Positions 37,670 through 45,995 of a stretch of 45,995 nt of DNA are shown here, one piece after another (the first letter of the stretch is position 1; each line of letters begins with the position of its first letter). The DNA is from Patescibacteria group bacterium (GTDB lineage Bacteria; Patescibacteriota; Minisyncoccia; Phycocordibacterales; PALSA-1337): assembly GCA_028865095.1 (NCBI GenBank), contig JAGWLA010000005.1, positions 1-45,995 on the forward strand, given 5' to 3'. A program made the translations under genes and the position numbers. The notes under the pieces were generated by a model, which worked only from the letters and a program-made list of their open reading frames with translations, did not search any database and was not told the DNA's origin.

Positions 37670-39559
37670 CTAATCGACTTTCAGCACCTTCTTCAGGACC
37701 TCCTCGGGGACCTCTCTCTGCTGCGGGTCGGCTTTCGGCACCGGCTTCAGGCCGGCGGGCGCCGGGGTCGGGGCCGGCGCCGGCGAAGACGCCGCCGGCA
37801 TCGGCTTCGCGGCCGCATTCTTGGCCAGGATCGACTGCAAGGCGCTCTTCAGCTGGCTGACGTTCTCGGGAGTGGGGATCTTCGGATCGGGCCTCGAAGG
37901 AGGCTTGGCCGCCGGCGCCGCGCCCGAAGGCTTCGGGGCGAGAGCGGAGAGGGACACGGGCTTCGGCGCCTGGGCTTGCTTCAAGACGTCGGCAAGGGCG
38001 GCCTTGAACGGCTGATGCACGGGCTTATCGGCCGGCGCCGGAGCGCGAGGAGCGGACGGCGCGGCTTTCGGCGGCATCGCTGGGATAGGCGCGGCGGCAG
38101 GGGCCGCTTTCGGGAGCGCCGTCGGCGCGGCAGGGCGCGCGACAGGGGCCGTCTGCGGCTTGGCGGGAGCGACAGCGCTCGCAGCCGGCACAGAAGGGGC
38201 GGCGGAGGCAGCGGCCGCGGCGGGCGCGATGGCCGCAGGAGACGCCGCTTTCGGCGCCGGCCTCGGGACGGGAGTCGGCTCGTGGAACTTGACGATCTCT
38301 GCTTCGACGTCGGCGCGCGGCTTGGCGAACTGCTCGCGCGACGCGGCGATGATCTCCTTGACGTACGACGTGTCAGGATGCGGGATGGGCAGCATGGTCA
38401 CCGCCGAGAACGGCGCCGACGACAGGCCGTCGATCATGAGCTTCAGATATATCTGGGCGAAGCCGAGATTGACCAGGTCTTCGGTGGTGAATTGGGGCAT
38501 GAACTCCTTCTCGAGGATCTCGGCGTCGCTCGCCCCCACCCGGAAGACGATCATGGTGCCGACGTTGCCGAAGACGGCCGGCCTGACGATCTCGTCCATC
38601 TGCTCGACGTATTGATGGGCGATGGTCAGGTTGAGCTTGTACTTGCGGGCCTCCGAGAGGATGTCTGCGAACGAGGCGTTGGCGAAGTTCTGGAACTCGT
38701 CCACATATAGGTAGAAGTTCGGCATGATCTTCATGACCCGGTCGGGGATGTCGGCGCGCGACATGGCCGCCAGATAGATCTTGGTGACCAGGAGGCCGCC
38801 GAGGAGCTTCATGTTCTCGTCGCCGATCTTGCCCTTGGACAGGTTGATGATCATGATCTTCCGCTTGTCCATGGCTTCGCGGAAATCGAACGACGACGTG
38901 GGCTGGCCGATCATGTTGCGGATGAGAGGGTTGGCGGTGAATTGGCCGACCTTGTTCTGGATGGCGGGCACGGCTTCCGCGGCCTGGCGCTCGGTGTAAT
39001 TGGCGAATTCCTTGGTCCAGAAAGCCTTCACGGAAGGGTCTTTGACGTGCGAGACGATCTCATTCCGGTACGCCTTGTCGGACAGCATCCGGTTCACGCC
39101 GAGAAGGGTCGAGCCGGGCGCTTCGAGCAGGGCGAGGAGGGTGTTGGTCAGGATATATTCCATGCGGGCCGACCAGGCGTCGACCCAGATCTTCTTGAAC
39201 GTGCTCATCAGGCCCGACACGACCAGGTGGCGCTTGTCGGGATCGACGCTCTCGAGGACGTTGAACGAGATCGGATATTCGGTGTCGAACGGGGCGATAT
39301 ATATGACGTCGCGGATGCGCTTCTCCGGGACATATTCCATGAGAAGGTCGGCGGTCTTGCCGTGAGGGTCGATGAAGCACATCCCTTCCCCGTTCTGGAT
39401 GTCCTGGACGGCCATGTTCTCCAGGAGCGTCGACTTTCCCATGCCCGTCTTCCCGAGCACATAGACGTGGCGGGTGCGGTCTTTGGCTTTTATGCCGAAG
39501 CGGACCCGCTTGTTGCGGGCGTCGGTCTCGGCGAAATATGTGATGCGGTTCTCGTCCAT
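37670..39559 (-). CDS. VirD4/TrwB/DUF87-like P-loop ATPase with long Pro/Ala-rich tail
   Basis: HVYVLGKTGMGKST, IDPHG, LYVDEFQNF, LSEARKY, AHQY..Q and AVFGNVGT motifs. Confidence 0.88.
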   Translation of the reverse strand: MDENRITYFAETDARNKRVRFGIKAKDRTRHVYVLGKTGMGKSTLLENMAVQDIQNGEGMCFIDPHGKTADLLMEYVPEKRIRDVIYIAPFDTEYPISFNVLESVDPDKRHLVVSGLMSTFKKIWVDAWSARMEYILTNTLLALLEAPGSTLLGVNRMLSDKAYRNEIVSHVKDPSVKAFWTKEFANYTERQAAEAVPAIQNKVGQFTANPLIRNMIGQPTSSFDFREAMDKRKIMIINLSKGKIGDENMKLLGGLLVTKIYLAAMSRADIPDRVMKIMPNFYLYVDEFQNFANASFADILSEARKYKLNLTIAHQYVEQMDEIVRPAVFGNVGTMIVFRVGASDAEILEKEFMPQFTTEDLVNLGFAQIYLKLMIDGLSSAPFSAVTMLPIPHPDTSYVKEIIAASREQFAKPRADVEAEIVKFHEPTPVPRPAPKAASPAAIAPAAAAASAAPSVPAASAVAPAKPQTAPVARPAAPTALPKAAPAAAPIPAMPPKAAPSAPRAPAPADKPVHQPFKAALADVLKQAQAPKPVSLSALAPKPSGAAPAAKPPSRPDPKIPTPENVSQLKSALQSILAKNAAAKPMPAASSPAPAPTPAPAGLKPVPKADPQQREVPEEVLKKVLKVD

Positions 39560-39592
39560 AGAAACGTATGATTCATGAGGATTATACCACAG

Positions 39593-39630
39593 AAACAGCC
39601 CGGTCTCCGCGAGGAGCCGGGCTGGGTTTT
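39593..39630. terminator. Hairpin terminator
   Basis: cagcccgg(t)ctcc-gcga-ggagccgggctg with A- and T-rich flanks. Confidence 0.55.
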
Positions 39631-39646
39631 GTCATTGTTACGAAGG

Positions 39647-39835
39647 TCACTGGGCGACTTGCCTCACCTGAAAGGTGCCTCCTGCACCGTCGATGCTGCG
39701 CAGACCTTGATACCTTACCTCTTCCTGATGAGCTCTCTCTTCAGGAGTCAGTTGCCGCGCCGTCTTAGAGGCGCTCTTCAAGATATCGGCCGCTGAAACA
39801 GGGCCCCGAACCTTGCCTGCATTTTCTTTTGCCAT
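39647..39835 (-). CDS. Hypothetical small protein
   Basis: 62-aa ORF ending just before a terminator; no motif recognised. Confidence 0.35.
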   Translation of the reverse strand: MAKENAGKVRGPVSAADILKSASKTARQLTPEERAHQEEVRYQGLRSIDGAGGTFQVRQVAQ

Positions 39836-39989
39836 ACACAATGAACGATCTGTCCTCGAGATGCCCGATCGTCCCGGCGCTGATTGCGCGATGCCGGTCT
39901 AGATCCGGCATGCCCACGGAGCCAAAGCCGCGGGCTCGGCAACGAAAAGGCTATCTGGGAGCAAACCTGGAATGATATAGTACTCCTTC

Positions 39990-40247
39990 CTATCTGATTT
40001 GCAAATGATCTTCCGCGGGCGATCCGGCGGGAGAAGACGGCCCGCTCTCTTGGGAAGCATGCTCCTCATACGGCCGGTCGGGGCCGGTCTTTCCGGCAGC
40101 AGCCGGAGGCTTCATGAGATATGCGACGGCTATGATGACCAGGCCGGTGACGAAGCCGAGAAAGCGCTCCCAGCTGCCCGGGAAGCCCAAGAATGGGAGC
40201 ACCAGGACCCAGACGCCTAAGAGCATGATGGCTTGCCGTTTCGACAT
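39990..40247 (-). CDS. Small two-TM membrane protein
   Basis: MSKRQAIMLLGVWVLVLPFLGFPGSWERFLGFVTGLVII; TATAAT 6 nt before the ATG. Confidence 0.75.
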   Translation of the reverse strand: MSKRQAIMLLGVWVLVLPFLGFPGSWERFLGFVTGLVIIAVAYLMKPPAAAGKTGPDRPYEEHASQESGPSSPAGSPAEDHLQIR

Positions 40248-40302
40248 GTTGTGATTATAGCCCACAGTGGTACGATTATGCCAGGACCAGTCCCTGATAC
40301 GT

Positions 40303-40713
40303 ATGAAAACGACCGAACCGCTCCCGCTCCTTGAAGAGCACGTCAGGCCGTTCTTGGCGGCGGACGCTGCCGCTCGGCTCTGTATAAACGGAAAGTGGTT
40401 CGTAGGCTTCCTCGAACGATTCACTTTCCAGAATAGGCCGCACCTCCTCGGTATATGCCCGAGAGCCTGCCTCAATCAACGCCTCGACCGCGACCCCGGC
40501 GGCACGGATCGGCTGATCGGAGACGGAGACTGGGCAGTCGGGCACAGCTTCGCCGACGACCATCAGCCGTTCCTGCTTGACCAGGCGCAGTTCATAGGAT
40601 CCGACGACGGCGAAGCCCTCGAGGTCTCGTTCTCCAACGGGGCCGTCCTCGTGCTCTCTAAGCGCCCTTCCGACAAAGAAGCGGTCGAAAAGCTCCTCGA
40701 AAAAGCGTGCTGA
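40303..40713 (+). CDS. Hypothetical protein
   Basis: ORF followed by a terminator; no motif recognised; start uncertain. Confidence 0.5.
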   Translation: MKTTEPLPLLEEHVRPFLAADAAARLCINGKWFVGFLERFTFQNRPHLLGICPRACLNQRLDRDPGGTDRLIGDGDWAVGHSFADDHQPFLLDQAQFIGSDDGEALEVSFSNGAVLVLSKRPSDKEAVEKLLEKAC

Positions 40714-40730
40714 CGCCCTTCCCCGCTCCC

Positions 40731-40757
40731 GCGCCGGACTCCCCTCCGGCGCTTTTT
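40731..40757 (+). terminator. Rho-independent terminator
   Basis: gcgccgga-ctcccc-tccggcgc-ttttt. Confidence 0.7.
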
Positions 40758-41481
40758 ATTCGCCGGCCTTGTCCGGCTTCCCGGCCGCCGACACGATGAT
40801 CGCCAGCTCGCCGCGGACTTTTCCGGGCGCGGCGGCGAAATAGGCCCTTGCTTCGGCGGCAGTCCCCGCCACGACCTCTTCGAACACTTTCGTGAGCTCC
40901 CGGCAGACGGTCACCCGCTTCGGAGCGGGACCGATATGCTCGACGAGCGAGCCGAGCGCTTTCATGAGCCGATGCGGCGACTCGTAGAACACCGCCGTCC
41001 GTTCCATGGCGGCGATCTCCTTGAAGAGGGTCTCCCTGCCCTTCTTGTGCGGCAGGAAGCCGAAGAAGGTGAAATCGGCGCAGGGGACGCCGGCGACGGA
41101 CAGAGCGGCCGTCAGGGCCGAAGGGCCCGGCACCGCTTCGATCTTCAGGCGGCCGTCGGCGAGCTCGCCGGCGAGCTCGCGCCGGACTCTCGCCACGAGC
41201 TCGGCGCCCGGGTCCGATATGCCCGGCGTGCCGGCGTCAGAGACGAGAGCGAGACTCTTCCCTTCCCGCAGCATGGCTACCGCCAGGTCGGCGCGCGCAG
41301 CGCCGCTATGGGCGTGATACGAGAGCGTCGGCCTGTCGATGCCATGGCGGCCGAGCAGCCGCTTCGTCACCCGGGTGTCCTCGCACAGGATCGTGTCGGC
41401 GGCGGCCAAAGCCTTCAACGCCCGGAGCGTGACGTCTTCGAGGTTGCCGATGGGCGTCCCGACGATAGAGAGAGTGGCCAT
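40756..41481 (-). CDS. rsmI: 16S rRNA (cytidine1402-2'-O)-methyltransferase
   Basis: TPIGNLEDVTLRA, CEDTR, VSDAGTPGISDPG, YESPHR and RELTKVFEE motifs. Confidence 0.96.
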   Translation of the reverse strand: MATLSIVGTPIGNLEDVTLRALKALAAADTILCEDTRVTKRLLGRHGIDRPTLSYHAHSGAARADLAVAMLREGKSLALVSDAGTPGISDPGAELVARVRRELAGELADGRLKIEAVPGPSALTAALSVAGVPCADFTFFGFLPHKKGRETLFKEIAAMERTAVFYESPHRLMKALGSLVEHIGPAPKRVTVCRELTKVFEEVVAGTAAEARAYFAAAPGKVRGELAIIVSAAGKPDKAGE

Positions 41482-41549
41482 AGGGATCGGGGGGTCCCCG
41501 ATGCCGACACCTTACCATATCGGGAGCTATTGTGATAATGTATGCCCAT

Positions 41550-42791
41550 ATGAAGCCGTCCTCCGGAACGATCGTCTATGTCAGCCGCGAGATAGAGCGG
41601 GCTCTCGGCATGGAGCCCTGCGAAGGCTATCGCATCGTCTCCAACCGCTCGCCGTACGGCGAGACGGTCAAAGAGCGCTTCCCGGGCTTCGTCGCCCTCG
41701 TCGACGCCCCCGACGGCGCGGCCCTCGGCACGGCGGAGCTCATCCGCCATCCGGAGACGGAGAAGCTCGTCGGCGAGCTCGAGCGCTCCGGCACCCAGCC
41801 CTCTATCCTCGTATTCAAGAACACCGCCCGCATCGAGCCGCTCATCCGCGAGAAAGGATGGCGCCTCCTCAACCCGCCCGCGGCCGCCTCCGAGAGGATC
41901 GAGAATAAGGTCTCCCAAGTCCAATGGCTCGGCGAGCTCGAGCGGCGCCTGCCGCCGCACCGGCTCCAGTTCATGAAGAGCGTCGAGTGGCGGGGCGAGC
42001 CCTTCATCGTCCAATGGGCCCATGGGCATACCGGCGCCGGCACCATCCTCGTCGATTCCGAAGAGGCCCTCCGGCCGCTCAAGGAGCGCTTCCCGGAGCG
42101 CCGGGCGCGGATCGCCCGCTATATCGACGGCCCCTCGTTCACGGTGAACGTGGTCGTCTCGCCGGAGTCGATCGAGGCCGCCGGCATCAGCTACCAGATC
42201 ACCGGCCTCGCGCCTTTCACCGACAGCCCGTTCACCACCGTCGGCAACGATTGGGGCGTGGTCGGGTCGCTCCTCACCGGCGCCGACGTCGATGCCGTGC
42301 GCACGCTGGTCGGCGACCTCGGAGCGAAGATGCGGGCGGAATCGTGGCGCGGCCTCTTCGGCATCGACCTCATCAAGGACCGCTCGTCCGGCGAGCTCCG
42401 CCTCATCGAGGTCAACGCGCGCCAGCCCGCGTCGGCCACGTTCGAGTCGTCTCTGCAAGAAGCTGAGCGGGCCAAGGGCGCCGACGGCCTCACCACCTTC
42501 GAAGCGCATATCGCCGCCCTCTCCGGGCAGCCGCTCGAGAAGCCCGTCATCGAGATCGCGGCCGGCGCCCAGATCGTCCAGCGGGTCACGGCGACGGTAT
42601 CGTCCGTCCCCGCCGGCGCCGCTGCGGCCCTGGAGAAAGAGGGCTTCACCGTCGTCTCCTACGGCAATTCGAAGGAGCATGAAGACCTTCTCCGGGTCCA
42701 GAGCGCCGGCAGCCTCATGGCCGGGCACGGAGCCCTTAACGATGCCGGCCGGATGATAGCGGGCATAGTCTCCCCCGGCCCGCGCGCCTGA
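41550..42791 (+). CDS. ATP-grasp domain protein (putative amino-acid/peptide ligase)
   Basis: IENK, PFIVQ...GHTGAGT loop, RYIDG, GNDW, GLFGIDLI and LIEVNAR (ExN) motifs; start uncertain. Confidence 0.8.
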   Translation: MKPSSGTIVYVSREIERALGMEPCEGYRIVSNRSPYGETVKERFPGFVALVDAPDGAALGTAELIRHPETEKLVGELERSGTQPSILVFKNTARIEPLIREKGWRLLNPPAAASERIENKVSQVQWLGELERRLPPHRLQFMKSVEWRGEPFIVQWAHGHTGAGTILVDSEEALRPLKERFPERRARIARYIDGPSFTVNVVVSPESIEAAGISYQITGLAPFTDSPFTTVGNDWGVVGSLLTGADVDAVRTLVGDLGAKMRAESWRGLFGIDLIKDRSSGELRLIEVNARQPASATFESSLQEAERAKGADGLTTFEAHIAALSGQPLEKPVIEIAAGAQIVQRVTATVSSVPAGAAAALEKEGFTVVSYGNSKEHEDLLRVQSAGSLMAGHGALNDAGRMIAGIVSPGPRA

Positions 42792-42815
42792 CCTCATCGC
42801 ATCGCCTCCCCTCCT

Positions 42816-43592
42816 ATGAACACCAAGACCCTCACCCCCCGCGCCCTGTCCGTCATCGACCAATATCTCCACTTCAAGGTCGGCGGCGCCGTCTGCTCCG
42901 TCCCTTATTTCAATAACAAGACCGTCCGGGCACGGGCGGCGCTCCCCGTCTTTGTCGGCAAAGGGAGCCCTAAAGAGATATTCGACGAGATGAGCGCTTT
43001 TCTGGTGAAGAGCCATGTCTCACCTGACAGCGTGGCCGATGATGCGTTGAAGAAGCTGCTGGTGGACAACTCCATCGGCATAGACTGCTCGGCCTTCGCG
43101 TACTATGTATTGGATGCGGAGAGCAGAGAAGCCGGCAAAAAACCGCTCGACCGGCGCTTGTCGCCTATACGGGCGTCGGGTCTGCTCGGCCGGATCGCAT
43201 TCAAGCTGAACCCTGCAAAGAACATCGACGTAGCGACGTTCGCCAACGACAAGAATAGCGTCGTCATCCGGCCCGAGGATTCCCAGCCTGGAGACGTCAT
43301 CACGATGATGAAAGATGACGGCCACGACAGCCGCAACCACATCCTCGTCATCCATCAGGTCGAATACCAGAATTTCGCGGCCACGAAGATCCATTACTCG
43401 CACGCCATCGCGTACCCGGAAGACGGCCTCTACGGCAGCGGCATCCGGCAAGGGACGATCGAGATCGCCGACCCCGGCAAGCCGCTGCTCGACCAGGCCT
43501 GGACCGAGGACGGGAAGACGGGCGCCGACAGCCGCATCGCGGCGCGCGCCCGCGAGTCGACCACGGAGCTGCGCAGATTGTCCGCGTCATAG
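42816..43592 (+). CDS. NlpC/P60-like (papain-fold) cysteine amidase/peptidase
   Basis: VPY, GIDCSAFAYYVL, QPGDVI, NHILVI and IHYSHA give a Cys-His-His arrangement; no signal peptide. Confidence 0.72.
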   Translation: MNTKTLTPRALSVIDQYLHFKVGGAVCSVPYFNNKTVRARAALPVFVGKGSPKEIFDEMSAFLVKSHVSPDSVADDALKKLLVDNSIGIDCSAFAYYVLDAESREAGKKPLDRRLSPIRASGLLGRIAFKLNPAKNIDVATFANDKNSVVIRPEDSQPGDVITMMKDDGHDSRNHILVIHQVEYQNFAATKIHYSHAIAYPEDGLYGSGIRQGTIEIADPGKPLLDQAWTEDGKTGADSRIAARARESTTELRRLSAS

Positions 43593-43664
43593 GAGCGCGG
43601 GAACGACCGGCAGAAGCGCCTCTGCGCTTCGACACAGAGCGGCGAAAGTGATATTCTTGGCACG

Positions 43665-44792
43665 ATGATCACCATCCTTCAGGGAACGGCCGACTTGGCC
43701 TACATACTCGGCTTCGCCCTCATCGGCGCGGCCGCGGCTTTCCTCTGGGCGCCCCTGCTGTCCCGCCTCCTCTATCGGTATAAGGTCGTCAAAGGGCCCA
43801 AGACCGAGCTCGTCGCCCTCGGCTCGCACGCTTACAAAGCCACGACTCCCGTCATGGGAGGCTTGCTCGTCATCCTGACGGTCGCCGCGGTCACGTACCT
43901 CTTCGACTGGTCGCGCTCGTTCACCTGGGTGCCGGTCGGCGTCATGCTCATATCCGCCCTCCTCGGCGCCCTCGACGACGTCATGAACATATTCGGCGCC
44001 GAGCGCCGCTCGCGCAAGCTCAGCCATGTCCTGCGGCTCATCCGCGTCCACCGCGACCTGAAGATGCGGATCTGGTACGCCCTCACGCTCCCGTGGACCG
44101 CTTTCAAGCGCCTCTCCGTCTGGTTCGGGTCGCGCACCAGCCGCGGCATCCTCGTCCACGAGAAGCTCATCCTCCAATTCATCGCCGGCAGTATCACCGC
44201 CTGGTGGATATTCGACAAGCTCGGCCCCGCCTGGCACTTCGTCTATTTCCCCTTCGGCTGGGACTGGGACGCCGGCTGGCTGATCGTGCCGATCATCATC
44301 CTGACGGTCATGTTCACCGCCAACGCCGTCAACATCGCCGACGGCATGGACGGCCTGGCGGGCGGCATGCTCATCATCACTTTCAGCGCCCTGACCCTCC
44401 TGTCATGGATCAACGGCTTCGGGGAGGTCGCCATCATGAACGCCGCCACGGTCGGAGCCTTGGTGGCCTATACGTATTACAACATCAAGCCTGCCCGCTT
44501 CATGATGGGCGACGTGGGATCATTGGGCCTCGGCGCCCTTCTGGCGGTCAACGCCATGGCCATCGGCGAGATAGGCTCCCTCTTCTTCCTGGGCTTCATG
44601 TTCTACGTCGAAGCCCTGTCCGTCATCGCCCAAGTCGGCTCGCGCTACCTCTTCGGCCGCAAGCTCCTGGCCATGGCCCCTCTCCATCACCACTTCGAGG
44701 TCAAAGGCTGGAGCGAGGAGAAGACCGTCATGCGCTTCTGGGTCATCCATTTCTTCTTCGTGGTCTTCGGTTTCTGGCTGGCGCTGCATTAG
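43665..44792 (+). CDS. mraY: Phospho-N-acetylmuramoyl-pentapeptide transferase (MraY family) with an internal insertion
   Basis: TPVMGG, GALDD, NAVNIADGMDGL, PARFMMGDVGS and MAPLHHHFE.KGWSE motifs. Confidence 0.88.
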   Translation: MITILQGTADLAYILGFALIGAAAAFLWAPLLSRLLYRYKVVKGPKTELVALGSHAYKATTPVMGGLLVILTVAAVTYLFDWSRSFTWVPVGVMLISALLGALDDVMNIFGAERRSRKLSHVLRLIRVHRDLKMRIWYALTLPWTAFKRLSVWFGSRTSRGILVHEKLILQFIAGSITAWWIFDKLGPAWHFVYFPFGWDWDAGWLIVPIIILTVMFTANAVNIADGMDGLAGGMLIITFSALTLLSWINGFGEVAIMNAATVGALVAYTYYNIKPARFMMGDVGSLGLGALLAVNAMAIGEIGSLFFLGFMFYVEALSVIAQVGSRYLFGRKLLAMAPLHHHFEVKGWSEEKTVMRFWVIHFFFVVFGFWLALH

Positions 44793-44794
44793 CC

Positions 44795-45523
44795 ATGGAT
44801 GAGAAGCCGGCGAAAAGCTACCTGCACTGGGACGAGAAGGTTGTAACAGACTTCTCCGACGGAGCCGTCGCGGCCCTGTACGAGCGCGGCTATGTCTTCA
44901 CCCGCAAAGGCAGAGGCGTCATGCAGCAGACCCGCTCCGTGCGCGTGGACCTCTCGAAGCTCGAGCCCTCCAGCGAGAACCGGCGCATCCTGAAGAAGAT
45001 GGCCGGCATATCGCTGGCGCTCGAAGGGCTCCCGTTGAAGGGATACGACTATACCCTCGGCCGCGACGCCAAATATTTCTATGACATGAAGTTCGGCCCC
45101 GGCGTCATGAGCGCCCAGAAAGTGAAAGAGATGCTGACCGACCCGGCGAAGAGCAATTTCAACGCTTTCCTGACCTATTCGCAGGAAGGGGCCGGGCTCG
45201 GCTACGCCATCTGCCGCCAAGGCGCCGGCCTGCTCCATTATTCCTATCCGTTCTATCATATCGACCGGGCGCCGAAGGACATGGGCCTCGGCATGATGAC
45301 CATGGCGATCATGTGGGCAAAGGACGCCGGCAAGCGGCACGCCTACCTCGGCTCCCTCCAGCGCCCAGGCGACGCCTACAAGCTGCAATTCGCCGGCCTC
45401 GAATGGTTCGACGGCGAGAGGTGGCGCAGCGACACGGAAGGAGCGAAGCAGGCGCTGGCAGGCCTGCCGGGGACAAAAAAAGCCGCCGAGGGGCGGCCTG
45501 ATACGGACGGCGAGCCTGCGTGA
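44795..45523 (+). CDS. Ate1/Bpt-like aminoacyl-tRNA-dependent transferase (GNAT fold)
   Basis: RSVRVDL....PSSENRRIL (ATE_N-like), then YSYPFY......DMGLGMM..AI.WAK..G..HAYLG......YKLQF.GLEWFDG..W (ATE_C-like). Confidence 0.75.
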   Translation: MDEKPAKSYLHWDEKVVTDFSDGAVAALYERGYVFTRKGRGVMQQTRSVRVDLSKLEPSSENRRILKKMAGISLALEGLPLKGYDYTLGRDAKYFYDMKFGPGVMSAQKVKEMLTDPAKSNFNAFLTYSQEGAGLGYAICRQGAGLLHYSYPFYHIDRAPKDMGLGMMTMAIMWAKDAGKRHAYLGSLQRPGDAYKLQFAGLEWFDGERWRSDTEGAKQALAGLPGTKKAAEGRPDTDGEPA

Positions 45524-45529
45524 CGGCGG

Positions 45530-45757
45530 TCAGGCGGCTATCGGATCCCCCGCCGCGCGGTGGAAAACCTTGATCTCCGCTCCTTCGACGATGGTCGCGT
45601 CGGGAGGGACTTCGAGCTCGTTCATGACGAACCTCCAGGACCCGTGGCCCTGAGAGGGATACCAGAGCTCGGGAAGGACCTGCTCGATCCTCCGTCCGAC
45701 CCAAGCACCCGCGTCCACGGCTTTGGCTGCATGCATGATGCGAATGGTAGCGTTCAT
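45530..45757 (-). CDS. Small hypothetical protein, possible MoaD/ThiS-like beta-grasp fold
   Basis: FVMNELEVPPDATIVEGAEIKVFHRAAG pattern; AAGGA upstream of the ATG. Confidence 0.45.
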   Translation of the reverse strand: MNATIRIMHAAKAVDAGAWVGRRIEQVLPELWYPSQGHGSWRFVMNELEVPPDATIVEGAEIKVFHRAAGDPIAA

Positions 45758-45995
45758 AGCGTATTCCTTTGTCAGCGTTCGCGAGCGTCAGCTTCGCTGC
45801 GCCCAGTATAGCTCCGCCTGGCGAAAAGTCACGCGAGCGCGCACGAGTCGCACAACCTCCTTTGATAGACATATCACTGTAGGAGCACTATTTTGATAGG
45901 TTCTCTGGCAATTGGACTAGCTCAAATCCTAGAATCGTTTTGTAATTTTTTAGCTTCCTTCCGTTCATAACTACACCGCCATTAAAGCATGCTCT

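Noticed and set aside
45860-45995. AT-rich window end, possibly an island boundary or the 3' end of a gene
   Set aside because: Too short to assign a frame or element.

Overview
High-GC bacterial chromosome segment whose gene families point to Patescibacteria/CPR (Parcubacteria-like). This assignment is an inference from a prepilin-LamG protein, an O-antigen-ligase/TPR protein, a stand-alone VirD4/DUF87-like ATPase, a coiled-coil lytic transglycosylase and many small membrane proteins. Housekeeping genes include tRNA-Ser(GGA), groES/groEL, secG, rnj, rplY, fba, a PfkB kinase, tgt, a LOG-family protein, an RRM protein, gatB, obgE, a NUDIX hydrolase, secA, murB and rsmI. A roughly 13-kb surface-glycan locus (24.7-37.6 kb) encodes Wzm/Wzt, methyltransferases, and GT11, GT92-like and GT2 glycosyltransferases. 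The most notable observations are: (1) a co-oriented cluster of ATP-grasp ligase, NlpC/P60 cysteine amidase, MraY with an insertion, and a Cys-less Ate1/Bpt-type aminoacyl-tRNA transferase, a candidate undescribed cell-wall peptide-editing system; (2) a pervasive leaderless layout (-10 box 6-8 nt before the start codon in about 17 genes), including one palindromic -10 shared by two divergent genes; (3) a four-helix-bundle gene bracketed by inverted heptad repeats; (4) a 101-bp palindromic element inserted in frame in secA, plus a Y-shaped palindromic intergenic element; (5) a candidate small RNA complementary to the murB leader; (6) an unannotated 39-aa membrane protein paralogous to its neighbour. 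All protein calls come from motif recognition by eye; no searches were run.
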